Assembly: GCA_963778655.1 (NCBI GenBank) | Contig: CAVZVA010000009.1 | Coordinates: 800,001-864,000, forward strand | Direction: 5' to 3' | Length of the DNA: 64,000 bases | Source of the DNA: an uncultured delta proteobacterium | GTDB taxonomy: Bacteria > Myxococcota_A > Polyangia > Polyangiales > JAFGIB01 | Shown here: positions 63,584 to 64,000 of the stretch, one piece after another | Numbering within the stretch: the first letter of the stretch is position 1 | Layout: the number at the start of each line of letters is the position of its first letter | Program-made: the position numbers and the translations under genes | The notes under the pieces: generated by a model | Seen by the model: the letters and a program-made list of their open reading frames with translations, nothing else | What the model was told of the DNA's origin: nothing | Databases searched by the model: none

Positions 63584-64000
63584 TCACGGACACATGGACT
63601 TGTCTTCGTCCGCGCCGTTGGCGCAGTCGTTGACGCCGTCGCATACCTTGGTCGGCGGTACCGTGGTGCCGTCGCCGCAGGGGAACTGACAGGGGGTCTC
63701 GTCGGAGCCATCCGAGCAGTCGTTCACGCCGTCGCAGAACTTCGCGGTCGGGATCTGCTCGCCGTTGGTGCAGGTGAAATTGCACCCGGCCTCGTCGGTG
63801 CCGTCCGCGCAGACCGCGGTGCCGTCGCATTGCTGATATGGCGAGTACTGCCCCATCCCGTCGGCGCACGGGACGCAGATCATCTCGTCGTAACCGTCGC
63901 TGCAATCCATGGTGCCGTCGCACAGCTTGTCGAGGGGCACGCTGCCGCCGCTTAGACACGGGAACATATCCGCCCCCACCGACGCGTCGCCACAGCCGAG
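63584..64000 (-). CDS. LDL-receptor class A repeat protein, partial (5' end beyond window)
   Basis: Four units F.C..G..(I/V)P....CDG..DC.DG.DE..C; frame open to position 64000. Confidence 0.85.
   Translation of the reverse strand, partial: LGCGDASVGADMFPCLSGGSVPLDKLCDGTMDCSDGYDEMICVPCADGMGQYSPYQQCDGTAVCADGTDEAGCNFTCTNGEQIPTAKFCDGVNDCSDGSDETPCQFPCGDGTTVPPTKVCDGVNDCANGADEDKSMCP

Overview
High-GC (roughly 70% by eye) window that looks myxobacterial (Polyangiales-like: many Ser/Thr kinases, PEGA/TPR proteins, Cys-rich lipoproteins). Scattered single-base frameshifts suggest a long-read or MAG assembly. Bases 1-8460 are core-like: VanZ, a frameshifted SNF2 helicase, lepA, a small RHH protein, two DxDxDG-repeat lipoproteins, RluB and initiator tRNA-Met. 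A decayed integrative island starts directly behind the tRNA. It holds a truncated large serine recombinase whose C-terminus reads antisense into the tRNA, IS3 and IS21 remnants, two ISL3 copies and many gene fragments. The most unusual element is a promoter-bearing tandem pair of tyrosine-recombinase-like, catalytic-domain-only genes that share the same non-canonical active site; the second gene is split by a DUF1778/GNAT toxin-antitoxin module. Further along are an HgcAB-like corrinoid/ferredoxin fusion translationally coupled to a SAM methyltransferase, an EGF-repeat/kinase/PEGA/ECF-sigma/wHTH cluster, a low-GC GT-C-like membrane gene and, at the right edge, a protein with 4-Cys LDL-receptor class A repeats. 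All family calls come from motif recognition by eye; no database search was run.
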